A DNA stretch of 55,786 nucleotides from Myxococcota bacterium (GTDB taxonomy: Bacteria; Myxococcota_A; UBA796; UBA2385): contig JBIJDH010000036.1 in the NCBI GenBank assembly GCA_044344255.1, positions 1 to 55,786 of the forward strand, given 5' to 3'. Each line of letters starts with the position of its first letter. The stretch's first letter is position 1. The position numbers and the translations under genes were made by a program. Of the stretch, positions 1-8,747 are shown in pieces. The notes under the pieces were generated by a model. The model searched no databases, had not been told where the DNA came from, and was given only the letters and a program-made list of their open reading frames with translations.

Positions 1-70
1 GCGTTCGGCCCTTCTTGACGAGCGAGACCAGGTGAGACCGGAACTCGGGGGTGTAGACCTTGCGTGGCAT
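1..70 (-). CDS. IS3-family transposase OrfA, N-terminal fragment
   Basis: Hand translation MPRKVYTPEFRSHLVSLVKKGRT matches the typical OrfA start (Y-x-P-E-F-R...V.LV..G.T). Too short to appear in the ORF track. Confidence 0.8.
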   Translation of the reverse strand, partial: MPRKVYTPEFRSHLVSLVKKGRT

Positions 71-124
71 GCGGACATCCTCTCACGTTGATTTGATGGT
101 GTCCAACAATTCGGGGCTACTCCA
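1..124 (-). mobile_element. Left end of an IS3-family insertion sequence (runs off the window)
   Basis: Minus strand from 124 reads TGGAGTAGCCCCGAATTGTTGGACACCA, a 5'-TG IS3-like terminal repeat. It is followed by an AGAGGA SD and an ATG at 70 opening an OrfA-like peptide. Confidence 0.8.
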
Positions 125-484
125 GACGTGCGACAGGTGGCCGCAAGGGTCGCCTGCCTGGAGGGGCCGATCCCACCGGTCATCGCCGCCCGGCTGAACC
201 GAGAAGAGGCGCTGCTCGCCTTCGTGACCGGAGACGAGCCCGCCGCACGTCGGGCCCTCCTCGCCGCCCGGGCGCTTGACCCCACCGGCGAGCTGCCCCT
301 CGGGCTGGTCCCCGCGGATCACCCGCTGCGGAGCCTCGATCCGGCGCCGTCCGCGTGGGCCTCGCCGGGGAGGGCCCCCTCGTGCCGCGGCTCAGCCTCG
401 AACCAGACCTCGCCGAGACCGAGCTCCAGGCGGGCACGTCGCCGGTCGCCACGATCTCCCCCACCAGCGCCGCCTTGCTCCTGA
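125..484 (+). pseudogene. 5'-truncated remnant of a helical hypothetical protein next to the IS
   Basis: Protein-like text (VACLEGPIPPVIAARLNREEALLAFVTGD...LDPTGELPLGLVPADHPLRSL) starts right at the IS end with no SD. It degrades after about 360, possibly through a frameshift. Confidence 0.5.
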
Positions 485-596
485 CCTGGGAGGCGCCGCC
501 CCCCTCCCCTCGGCCGCGTACCCCCGCGTCCGCGCTCTCGCCGCCCCCGCTGACCCTGGCCCACGATAGGCGGCCCGACGTCCCGCGAGGTCTCCC

Positions 597-1277
597 ATGC
601 GCCGCTCCATCCTCCTCCTCCTGCTCCTCGCCTGTGGCGGCGCCCGCTCCACCAAGGAGGGGACCGACGGAGCCGACGGGACCGACGGAGCCGACGGAGC
701 CGACGGTACCGATGGCACCGACGGCGGCGGTGACTCCGGCGAGCCCGCCTGCACGCCCATCTCCGCCGTCTTCTTTGACCTCGGCGACACGCTCGTGGCC
801 GCCGACTCCACCGACCTCTACGCCCCGCTCCCCGGCGCGGTCGAGGTCACCGACGCGCTCGTCGCCCGCGGGCTGCCGATCGGCGTCATCACCAACGTGC
901 CGCCAGACTGGACCCGCGCCACCCTCACCGAGAAGATGGCCGACCCGGGCTTCCTCGACCGCTTCGAGGTGGTGCTGTTGAGCAGCGAGGCCAGCGCCGA
1001 CAAGCCTGACCCCATCATCTTTACCGAGGCGGTGGCGCTGCTCTCCGCGCCCCCGCCGATCGAGGAGACCGCCTTCGTCACCGAGGAGCTCGGCCACCTC
1101 GCCGACGCCGATCCCCCCACCGTCGGCGCCCGCGCGGCGGGCATGTTCGGGGTCCACCTCTCCGACCGCGAGCCCAACCCGCGCGCCGACGTCACCGTGA
1201 GCCCCGACGCGCTCGAGGGCATCGCCACCGCGGCCTGGCTCGACTGCCAGGAGGCCGCCGAGGCCGACGGGGGCTGA
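597..1277 (+). CDS. HAD-superfamily hydrolase, predicted lipoprotein
   Basis: Lipobox LLLAC, Gly-X-Asp linker, HAD motifs FFDLGDTL, VITN and KPDP; motif IV region atypical (FVTEE). Confidence 0.8.
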   Translation: MRRSILLLLLLACGGARSTKEGTDGADGTDGADGADGTDGTDGGGDSGEPACTPISAVFFDLGDTLVAADSTDLYAPLPGAVEVTDALVARGLPIGVITNVPPDWTRATLTEKMADPGFLDRFEVVLLSSEASADKPDPIIFTEAVALLSAPPPIEETAFVTEELGHLADADPPTVGARAAGMFGVHLSDREPNPRADVTVSPDALEGIATAAWLDCQEAAEADGG

Positions 1278-1348
1278 ACCCGACGGGGGCTGAACCCGAC
1301 GGGGGCTGAACCCCGGGGTCGGTTCACCGGAGTTCGTCGGGGTTCAGC
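1264..1348. repeat. 3 x 16-bp tandem repeat plus inverted partner (hairpin, possible terminator)
   Basis: CCGACGGGGGCTGAAC at 1264, 1280 and 1296; GCTGAACCCCG (1305-1315) pairs with CGGGGTTCAGC (1338-1348). Confidence 0.8.
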
Positions 1349-1520
1349 GGGCGCTCACGCGCGCGCGCGCCGGCGCGCCTGACCCGGGGTTCTCCGCCAC
1401 ACCACCCGGGCCGCGCCCCCGTCCAAACCCTACGCCGAAGCATCCTTACCGCCCGACCGTTCGCCAATGCGTGTGCGTGGCACGCCCTGTGCTTCGAGGG
1501 TCTCCATCCTTGGAGCCCCC

Positions 1521-2582
1521 ATGCTGTCCCTCGACGTCTTTGAGCACCCCGAGCGCCGCGAGCGCCTGATCGACCTCGGCTCGAACGAGAACCCGTTTGG
1601 GGCCTCGGCCGTGGTGCAACGCGCCATCTTGGGGGCCGCCGCCGACTGCCACCGATACCCAGAGCGGGGCGCGGAGGGCCTCCGCCAGCGGCTCGCGACC
1701 GCCCACGGGCTCAGCGTCGAGGAGGTGATGGTCGGCCCCGGCAGCACCGCGCTCATCGATCAGGTGGCGCGGGCGCGGCTCGCCCGGGGTGGCAACGCCG
1801 TCGTGCCCGCGCTGAGCTTCGTCTCGGTCGCCGCCTCCGTGCGCGCCGCGGGCGGTGAGCTGCGCCTGGCGCCGATGCAGGGCCCCTCCATTGACCTCGA
1901 CCGCATGCGCTCGCTCATCGACCGCGACACGCGGCTGGTCTACCTGCCAAACCCGAACAACCCGACCGGCGCGGCCCACCCCCGAGAGGCCGTCGAGGCC
2001 TTCCTCGAGGCGCTCCCCGACGACGTGCTGGTGCTCTTCGACGAGGCCTATCAGGAGTATGCCCAGGCCTTCGCCGACGCCGAGGGCTGGAGCCTCCCCG
2101 ATGGGCCCACGCTGGTGCGACAGGGGCGCAACCTCCTGGCACTGCGCACCTTCTCGAAGGTCCACGGCCTCGCCGGCCTCCGAGTGGGCTACGCCCTCGG
2201 CGCGGCGCCCCTGCTGCGCGGCCTCTCGGCGCAGGCGACGCCCTTCCCGGTCGGGCGCCTCGCCACCGCGGCCGCCCTCGCCGCCCTCTCCGATTCCCAC
2301 CACGTCGCCCTCTCCGCCCAGCGAAACCGCTGGGGCCTCCGGCAGCTCCGGCGGGGTCTCCAGGTCATCGGCCTCGAGCCCGCGCCTTCGGTGGCGAATT
2401 TCCTGTACGTGCCCCTCGGTGAGCCGGCCGCCCCGGTCGTGACCGCGCTCCTCCACCGCGGCGTCCGGGTGCGGTGCATGGACACCTGGGGCGCCCCCGA
2501 CGCGCTGCGCGTCGCCGTGGGGAGCCCCGAGGACAACGCGCGCTTCCTCCGCCTGCTGGCGGGCCTGCTGGCCGCCCGCTGA
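1521..2582 (+). CDS. HisC-like PLP-dependent aminotransferase (histidinol-phosphate/aromatic type)
   Basis: Motifs LGSNENP, NPNNPTG, DEAY and RTFSKVHGLAGLRVGY (PLP Lys); GGAG precedes ATG 1521. Confidence 0.9.
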   Translation: MLSLDVFEHPERRERLIDLGSNENPFGASAVVQRAILGAAADCHRYPERGAEGLRQRLATAHGLSVEEVMVGPGSTALIDQVARARLARGGNAVVPALSFVSVAASVRAAGGELRLAPMQGPSIDLDRMRSLIDRDTRLVYLPNPNNPTGAAHPREAVEAFLEALPDDVLVLFDEAYQEYAQAFADAEGWSLPDGPTLVRQGRNLLALRTFSKVHGLAGLRVGYALGAAPLLRGLSAQATPFPVGRLATAAALAALSDSHHVALSAQRNRWGLRQLRRGLQVIGLEPAPSVANFLYVPLGEPAAPVVTALLHRGVRVRCMDTWGAPDALRVAVGSPEDNARFLRLLAGLLAAR

Positions 2583-2647
2583 GGCCGGGCGACCCCGCCG
2601 CTCCTCCCTCGCCGCACGCCCCCTCTCTCCTCTCTCCGGAGTCCGTC

Positions 2648-4408
2648 ATGTCCGTTCCGACACAAAACCAAGAGGTGGTCGGCTGGGGTCGCGCCGGCGC
2701 CGCCTGGGCCTCCACCGAGACCCCGAGCCTCTCCCGCGCCCTCGCCGACGCCTTGCACGGCCTCGGCGTGGAGCGGGCCTTCGGGCTGCTCGGCGGCGGC
2801 ATCGCCCCCTTCGCCGCTGGCCTCTCGCAGAGCCCAATCCGCTTCCACAGCTTCCGCCACGAGGCCGGCGCCGGCTTCGCGGCGATCGAGGCGTATATGG
2901 CCAGCGGCCGACCCTCCCTCGCCGTGGTGACCACCGGCCCGGGCCTCCTCAACATCCTCAACCCCTTGATGGCCGCCCGGATGGACGGGGCGAAGCTCCT
3001 CCTCATCTCGGGCTTCACCTCCAGGGCCCAGGCCGGCCGCGGGGCGGTCCAGGAGACGAGCCACCAGAGCATGCCGGTCGATCTGCTGCGCCCCGGCTGC
3101 TTCTTCGACGAGGTCTGCATCCCGGAGTCCCCCGAGGAGCTCGTGCCCTTCCTCGCCCGCCTCCAGCGCGCCTGGGCTGGGCCCGGGGGCTGTGTGGCCC
3201 ACCTCGGCATGCCGCTCTCGCTCCAGACCCGCCTCCTCGAGGGCCCGCTGAAGCTCCCCTCCGGCTGGAGCATCTCGCCGCCCCGCGCCCCGACGGAGGC
3301 GCTCGACCGCACCCTCCTGCGCCTGCTCGACCCCTCCGCCCTGCTGTGGGTGGGCTCGGGCGCGAAGGGCGCCAGCGCCGCGCTCCGCCGCTTCGCCGAG
3401 GCGGCCGGCCTGCCCGTCGTGAGCTCGCCGCGGGCCAAGGGGGTCTTCCCCGAGTCGCACCCCCTCTTCGTCGGCGTCAGCGGCGCCGGCGGCAGCCCGG
3501 CGGTGCGCCAGCACTTCGCCGCGCGCCCCCCCACCACCGCGCTGGTGGTGGGCACGCGCCTCGGCGAGGTCACCTCCTTCCTCGCCCCCGCGATGACGCC
3601 GACGGTGGACTGGATCCACGTCGACCTCGACCCCGCCGCCTTCGGCGCCGCCTTCCCCGAGCGGGCCGGCCAGGGCATCGTCGCCGAAGCGGGGGGCTTC
3701 CTCACGGACCTCCACGCCCGGGCCGAGGCCACGGGCTGGTTCAACCGACGCCGCCCCGCCGAGGCCCTCCGGCCGCACACCGCTCAGGCCCTCTCGCCGC
3801 GCGCTGCGGGCGACGTCCGCCCCCCCTACCTCCTCCAAGAGGTGCAGCGCGCCGTCGTCCTGGGCAGCGACGCCCTCGTGATGAGCGAGGCCGGCACCTC
3901 GTTTACGTGGTGTAACGCCCTGCTGCGCTTCGAGGCCCCCGGCCGCTACCGCACGAGCCCGGCCTGGGGCTCGATGGGCCACTTCACCACCGGCCCCATC
4001 GGGGCCGCCCTCACCGGCCGCCGGGTGGTCACGGTGGTGGGCGATGGGGCGATGCTCATGAACAATGAGATCAACACGGCGGTGCAATACAAGGCGCGCG
4101 TGCTCTGGATCGTGCTCAATGACGCGCAGCTCGGCTTGAACGAGCACGGAATGACCGCCCTCGGGATGCAGCCGGTCGAGACACAGCTCCCCCGCACCGA
4201 CTTCGTGGCCTTCGCCCGGAGCCAGGGCGCGGACGGGCTCGCCGTGCGCACCGAGCCCGAGCTCGCCGCGGCCCTCGAACAGGCCCTCGCCGCCGAGGGG
4301 CCCTTCGTGCTCGACGTGACCATCGACCGCAGCTTCCCCTCTCCGGTCGTCGCCGAGCGGGTCGCCAGCCTGCAGCGCCAGGCCGCCGCCGCCCGCGGGG
4401 AGGCCTGA
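2648..4408 (+). CDS. ThDP-dependent enzyme, ScyA/CybE-like acyloin synthase subgroup
   Basis: FRHEAGAGFAAIEAY.ASGRP, TTGPG, RGAVQETS, GSMGH and the GDGA...LN ThDP motif. The AIEAY.ASGRP and QETS wording recalls ScyA rather than IlvB. Confidence 0.8.
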   Translation: MSVPTQNQEVVGWGRAGAAWASTETPSLSRALADALHGLGVERAFGLLGGGIAPFAAGLSQSPIRFHSFRHEAGAGFAAIEAYMASGRPSLAVVTTGPGLLNILNPLMAARMDGAKLLLISGFTSRAQAGRGAVQETSHQSMPVDLLRPGCFFDEVCIPESPEELVPFLARLQRAWAGPGGCVAHLGMPLSLQTRLLEGPLKLPSGWSISPPRAPTEALDRTLLRLLDPSALLWVGSGAKGASAALRRFAEAAGLPVVSSPRAKGVFPESHPLFVGVSGAGGSPAVRQHFAARPPTTALVVGTRLGEVTSFLAPAMTPTVDWIHVDLDPAAFGAAFPERAGQGIVAEAGGFLTDLHARAEATGWFNRRRPAEALRPHTAQALSPRAAGDVRPPYLLQEVQRAVVLGSDALVMSEAGTSFTWCNALLRFEAPGRYRTSPAWGSMGHFTTGPIGAALTGRRVVTVVGDGAMLMNNEINTAVQYKARVLWIVLNDAQLGLNEHGMTALGMQPVETQLPRTDFVAFARSQGADGLAVRTEPELAAALEQALAAEGPFVLDVTIDRSFPSPVVAERVASLQRQAAAARGEA

Positions 4409-4409
4409 G

Positions 4410-5171
4410 ATGAGCGCCCTCCCCCACCCCGCTTCTGCCCCCCGCCCCCGCGAGGGCCTCTTCGATCGGCTCACCTTCCCCGAGCGCCTCACCGGCCGGG
4501 TGGCCTCGCCGGGGCCCGATCCGCGCATCCACGGCTACTCCGTCGAGCAGGACCTCGTCTGGAACATCGACTTCACCGCGCTCTGCTTCCTGTCGCTCTC
4601 GGGCGAGCTGCCGAGCCCGGGGGAGCGGGCCGCCCTCTCCGCCGCCCTCACGCTGCTCGCCCCCCTGCACGTCGGGGAGGCCCCCGCCCACGCCGCCGTG
4701 CTGGCGCGGATCGCCGGCGCGCCGGCCACGGTGATCCCGGGCGTCGCCGCCCTCGCCCTCGGCGAGCTGAGCGCCGCCGAGCAGGCCGAGCTCGGCGCCC
4801 TCTTGCGCTTCCTCGCCGGAGAGGCGATGGCCCCTCCTCTCTCTGCGCTCCTCCCCGAGCCGACCGCAGAGGATGAACAGTCCTACGCGCGGCTGCGGGC
4901 CGCCTCCGCCGCCTGGCTGGGTGAGCCCCTGTCCCTCCCCGCGGGGGTGGTCCTCGGCCGGGTGGCCTGTGGTTACGCCCTGCTCGCTCGGCTGGGCCTC
5001 GGCGATCCCTATCGCCTCGTCACCCTGTCCACCCTCGCGCGCCTGCCCGGCGTGCTCGCCGAGGCCCTCTGTGTGCGCCCCGGCGGCGTCAGCGCCTATC
5101 CCGCCCGCCTGCCCGCCTATCGATACGTCGAGGACGGCCCCCTGGCCTCGCCCCCGACGGAGCAGCCATGA
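4410..5171 (+). CDS. Citrate synthase/citryl-CoA lyase-fold protein, degenerate
   Basis: RIHGYSVEQDL...FTALCFLSLSGELPS N-terminus and ARLPGVLAEA C-terminus; starts 1 nt after the upstream stop. Confidence 0.6.
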   Translation: MSALPHPASAPRPREGLFDRLTFPERLTGRVASPGPDPRIHGYSVEQDLVWNIDFTALCFLSLSGELPSPGERAALSAALTLLAPLHVGEAPAHAAVLARIAGAPATVIPGVAALALGELSAAEQAELGALLRFLAGEAMAPPLSALLPEPTAEDEQSYARLRAASAAWLGEPLSLPAGVVLGRVACGYALLARLGLGDPYRLVTLSTLARLPGVLAEALCVRPGGVSAYPARLPAYRYVEDGPLASPPTEQP

Positions 5172-6094
5172 GCACGCCCGCTCCCGCCCTCTCGCCCTCC
5201 CTCTCGCCCCCCCTCTCGCCCTCCCTCTCGATCGAGACCCGCGCCGGCCTCATCGAGGACACCGACAACCGCTTCCTCGGGCGCGCCGTCTTCGCTGACC
5301 TCGCCCACAGCACCGACGAGGCCACCGATCTCGTCGCCCTCGCCCTCGGCCTCCGCGCCGAGGGGCCGGAGGATCGAGACGCGCTCCGCCTGATCGCCCT
5401 CGCCACTGTCTCGCCCGACGCCCGGGTCTGGCCGCTGAAGCTCTGTCGGGTGCTCTCCTCCTACGGCGCGCCCGTCGTCGGCGTCTTTGGCGCGCAGCTC
5501 TTGACCGCCGGCTCGATCATGGGGCCCGGCGTGACCGTCGGCGCCGCCCGCGGGCTCGTGCAGGTCGCCGGAGCCGTCGCGCGCGGGGAGGACCTCGCCG
5601 AGGCGATCGCCGCCCACCGCGCCGCGAACGGAGGCCGCTTCGAGGGCTTCGGCGTCCCCTTACGGCCGGCCGACGAGCGGCAAGTGGCGCTCACCGCCCT
5701 CGTCGAAGGGACGCCCCTCGCCGCGCGGCCCTACTGGCGCCTGCACCGGGAGGTCATCGCGCAGAGCCGGACGCGCTCCCCCGACGCGCCCAACGTGGTG
5801 CTGCCGATCGCCGCCCTGCTGCTCGATCTCGGCGCCCGCCCCGAGCGCTGCGGGCTCGCCCTCTCCACCCTGATGATGCCCGTCTTCGTCGCCCACGCGC
5901 TGGAGGCCGCCGAGTCCGACGGCCTGCTCCGCGCGCTGCCGGCCTCAGTGGTCGCCTTCGAGGGCGCCGCCCCTCGCCACACCGCCACCCCGGCCCCCTC
6001 CACGGCCCCGCCCGCCCTGCGGCGACGGTGGGGCCGCGCTCCGGAGGCGCGCGAGGGCTCGGTCTACAGCCAGCCCCGACCCGCCGAACCGTGA
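5168..6094 (+). CDS. Second citrate synthase-fold protein, degenerate
   Basis: RFEGFGVPLRPADER (compare IPGFGH...DPR), PNVVLPIAALLLDLG and VAHALE; ATGA overlap with the previous gene. Confidence 0.65.
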   Translation: MSTPAPALSPSLSPPLSPSLSIETRAGLIEDTDNRFLGRAVFADLAHSTDEATDLVALALGLRAEGPEDRDALRLIALATVSPDARVWPLKLCRVLSSYGAPVVGVFGAQLLTAGSIMGPGVTVGAARGLVQVAGAVARGEDLAEAIAAHRAANGGRFEGFGVPLRPADERQVALTALVEGTPLAARPYWRLHREVIAQSRTRSPDAPNVVLPIAALLLDLGARPERCGLALSTLMMPVFVAHALEAAESDGLLRALPASVVAFEGAAPRHTATPAPSTAPPALRRRWGRAPEAREGSVYSQPRPAEP

Positions 6095-6098
6095 AGGC

Positions 6099-7022
6099 CT
6101 ACCGGTGGAAGAGCACCCGCCGGACCTCGGCGCTGAGCTGGTCGAGCTGGTCGACCATCGCGCCGAGGAGCAGCCCGCGGAGGCCCTCTCCCTCGGCGTC
6201 GGCGCGCGCGCAGCGGAGCTGGACGACCCGGAGCGGGAGCCGGTCGACGACGAGGTCGGTCTCGGCGATGACCGTGGCGGTCCGGGGCCCGGCGTCGGCC
6301 ACGCCGACGAGGCCGATCAGCGCCGGTCCGATGACGTGGGTCGCTCGCACGAGGGCCCCGCTGATCGGCGCCACGCTCACCCGGGCGCGCCCCTCGCGGA
6401 GCAGCAGGAGCTCCCCCGCCGCCTCCCCCTGTCGCCAGAGGGTGGCGCCCGCCGCGATCCGCGCGCGCTGCGCGCCCGGCTGTCCGGCGAGCACGGCGGC
6501 GGCCAGCCCGGCCTCGAGGGGCTCCCGCGCCCCGACCACGACCCCGAGCTCCCCGGAGCCCGTCACCGTGCGGCGGGCCTGCGCCAGCGAGGCGTCCGTG
6601 GAGCGGAGCCGGCGGGCGATCAGGCGGATGAGCTCGCCCTCGAGCGCCGCCCGCACCGCGGTGCCGCTCAAGCGCTGGAGGGTGGCGCGGTCGACCGTCA
6701 GGGCCGTCGCGTCCGTGCTCGCCTCCACCCGCGCCGACCGACGGCGCTCCGGACCGAAGAGGGCGAGCTCGCCGAGGATGTCGCCCACGCCAACATGATC
6801 GGCGCCCTGCTCCTGGTCGCCCACCACGAAGCGGCTGCGGAGGCGACCGCTCAAGAGCACCAGCGCCTCGGTGGCCGGGCTCCCTTGTTCCAGCACGACC
6901 GCGCCCCGCGGCCAGCTCCGCATGCGGCCGGCGGCCGCGAGGCGGGCGCGCTCCTCCCGGGGCACACGTTCGAGCCAAGGGATCGCGCGGAGCGGATCGG
7001 AAGGAGACAGGCGACACCCCAC
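6099..7022 (-). CDS. Tandem cyclic-nucleotide-binding domain protein (no HTH recognised)
   Basis: Two cNMP domains: EQG...GDILGELAL...RSARVEA and RQGE...PRTATVIAETD. Start uncertain (GTG 7022 or a nearby CTG). Confidence 0.8.
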   Translation of the reverse strand: MGCRLSPSDPLRAIPWLERVPREERARLAAAGRMRSWPRGAVVLEQGSPATEALVLLSGRLRSRFVVGDQEQGADHVGVGDILGELALFGPERRRSARVEASTDATALTVDRATLQRLSGTAVRAALEGELIRLIARRLRSTDASLAQARRTVTGSGELGVVVGAREPLEAGLAAAVLAGQPGAQRARIAAGATLWRQGEAAGELLLLREGRARVSVAPISGALVRATHVIGPALIGLVGVADAGPRTATVIAETDLVVDRLPLRVVQLRCARADAEGEGLRGLLLGAMVDQLDQLSAEVRRVLFHR

Positions 7023-7098
7023 CGGGCTCCGATGAGGGGCGGAGCGGCGCGGCGAAGCTACCCTCTTCCGCACACCGCCGACAAGGCGCCACCCCGCT

Positions 7099-7920
7099 TC
7101 AACGAGCGCCCGGCCCCTGGGGCGCCGGCTCGGCCCGTCCGCCGATCGGCTCCGGCGAGCTCGGAGCGCGGATGGTGCCCACACCCGGGCGGCTGCCCGG
7201 CAGGGCGGCTTCACCCGCCTTGATCTGGTAGGTGATCACCATGGTCGAGGCCACGGGGCTACCGTCTACCGTCTTGGGTCGCCAGGTCCATCGCGCCAGC
7301 GACTCCCGCATGTCCAGGGTGACCCCGGCGGGACAGTGTTCGATGCTCACGTCGGCGAAGGTGCCATCGGCGGCCACCTCGACCAGGGCGCGGCAGTCGA
7401 TGGCGCCCGACTGCCCCGCGTCCCGCAGGGTCTCCGAGCGGACCAGGGCCCGCTGACGCAGCACCTGAACAGGGGTCGTGAAGTGGAGCCCGGCCGGTGG
7501 GGCCGAGCCCCGGACCGCGTCCTCGGACTGAACATAGGTGTCCACGCGGATCTGCCCGTCGCGCTCCACGAGCTCGAAATTCACGTGGAGCGTCTCCTGC
7601 ACCGGCTTGCCGCGGCGGTTCTCGGCGCCGAGCGACCAGCCCGCCGAGGCCTCCTGCACGGCGGCCAGGAAGACTGGGTGGCAATGATGGCCGGGCAGGA
7701 CGGCCTCCACGCGGGGCCCATCCAAGACGACGCGGATGCCGCACTTCTGGTCCGCCGCATCGGGCATCGAGAGGACAGGCACCACCGGCGCCTGAAGGTT
7801 GTCCACCCAGATCCGCTTGCCGGGGCTCTCCAGGACGGCGACCCGCGCGGACGGGCCCTCGGTGCCGGCCATCGCGCTCGACGGGCCAATGAAAAGGAAG
7901 GTCCACAAGATCCAAGACAT
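7099..7920 (-). CDS. Secreted protein with TonB C-terminal-like domain(s)
   Basis: GGAGG SD, signal peptide, and a TonB-like pattern VEVAADG...W.WRPK..DG.PV.S...ITY. Confidence 0.6.
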   Translation of the reverse strand: MSWILWTFLFIGPSSAMAGTEGPSARVAVLESPGKRIWVDNLQAPVVPVLSMPDAADQKCGIRVVLDGPRVEAVLPGHHCHPVFLAAVQEASAGWSLGAENRRGKPVQETLHVNFELVERDGQIRVDTYVQSEDAVRGSAPPAGLHFTTPVQVLRQRALVRSETLRDAGQSGAIDCRALVEVAADGTFADVSIEHCPAGVTLDMRESLARWTWRPKTVDGSPVASTMVITYQIKAGEAALPGSRPGVGTIRAPSSPEPIGGRAEPAPQGPGAR

Positions 7921-8183
7921 CGATCCTCCACTGGCGACCCTTCGATCTCTCGTCGACGGGTCACGAAATGAGCCATGGGAATATCGGCGCGGGGCCGTCC
8001 TGGAGGGCTGCGCTCCTTTCGACCGCTTTCGACCCCACCGCCGGCCAGACCCCCTCCCGTGGCCGCCCCGAAGCCCGCAGCTCGAACGATGAGCCCGCCG
8101 GCTCGTGCGAGGTCGAGCGGCCCAGGGGCCAGTCCGGGGATAGCCACACCCGCCCCAATCCTCCCAAGAGCGCGACCCCGCTG

Positions 8184-8597
8184 ATGAACCTCTCCTCCTT
8201 GCCACGCTCCGCCACCTGGCTCCTTCCTCTCCTCCTTGCCTGCGCCCCGCGCCAGGACGGCGCCGTCACCGCCGCGAGCGCGGGCGCCCCCCTCGCGGCC
8301 GCCTCTCCCTGGTGTGAGCCTTACGCGCGCCTGATGGCGGTGGAGCGCTCCGCCGCGCTGCTCGTCGGCCGCCCGCCCGAGGTGCGCGCCGCCGCGGCCG
8401 CGGCCCGGAGGCAGGCCCTCACCGACCTCTCGCGGGCCCTCGATGGGCACCCGGCCGGCGTGATCGCCGGGATCGACACGCTCCTCACCGAGCCCGACTC
8501 GGGCGAGGGGGGGCCGAGCGACTCGGCCCGGGTGGAGGCCCTGGCGAGCATCACCGACTACGTGGGGCCGGTCTGCGAGCCCAGCGCCGCCCCCTGA
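8184..8597 (+). CDS. Hypothetical lipoprotein
   Basis: LLPLLLAC lipobox; short helical domain bracketed by a Cys pair. Confidence 0.6.
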   Translation: MNLSSLPRSATWLLPLLLACAPRQDGAVTAASAGAPLAAASPWCEPYARLMAVERSAALLVGRPPEVRAAAAAARRQALTDLSRALDGHPAGVIAGIDTLLTEPDSGEGGPSDSARVEALASITDYVGPVCEPSAAP

Positions 8598-8747
8598 GGC
8601 GAGCCTGGATCCTTCCTGCCCGCCGCCTTGTTCGCGCAATGCGGCATAGAGAAGGCAGCGATCATCCAGCGAAGAAGGACCAAGGTCGGCGCTTCACACC
8701 GAAACAGTGCCGCTCCGGGCCGCGACAATCCAAGCAGAGGAGCGTTG

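Noticed and set aside
1521..6094. Scytonemin, cyanobacterin or ilv operon assignment
   Set aside because: No ScyB/ScyC, CybC/CybF or IlvH/IlvC homolog was recognised in the window.
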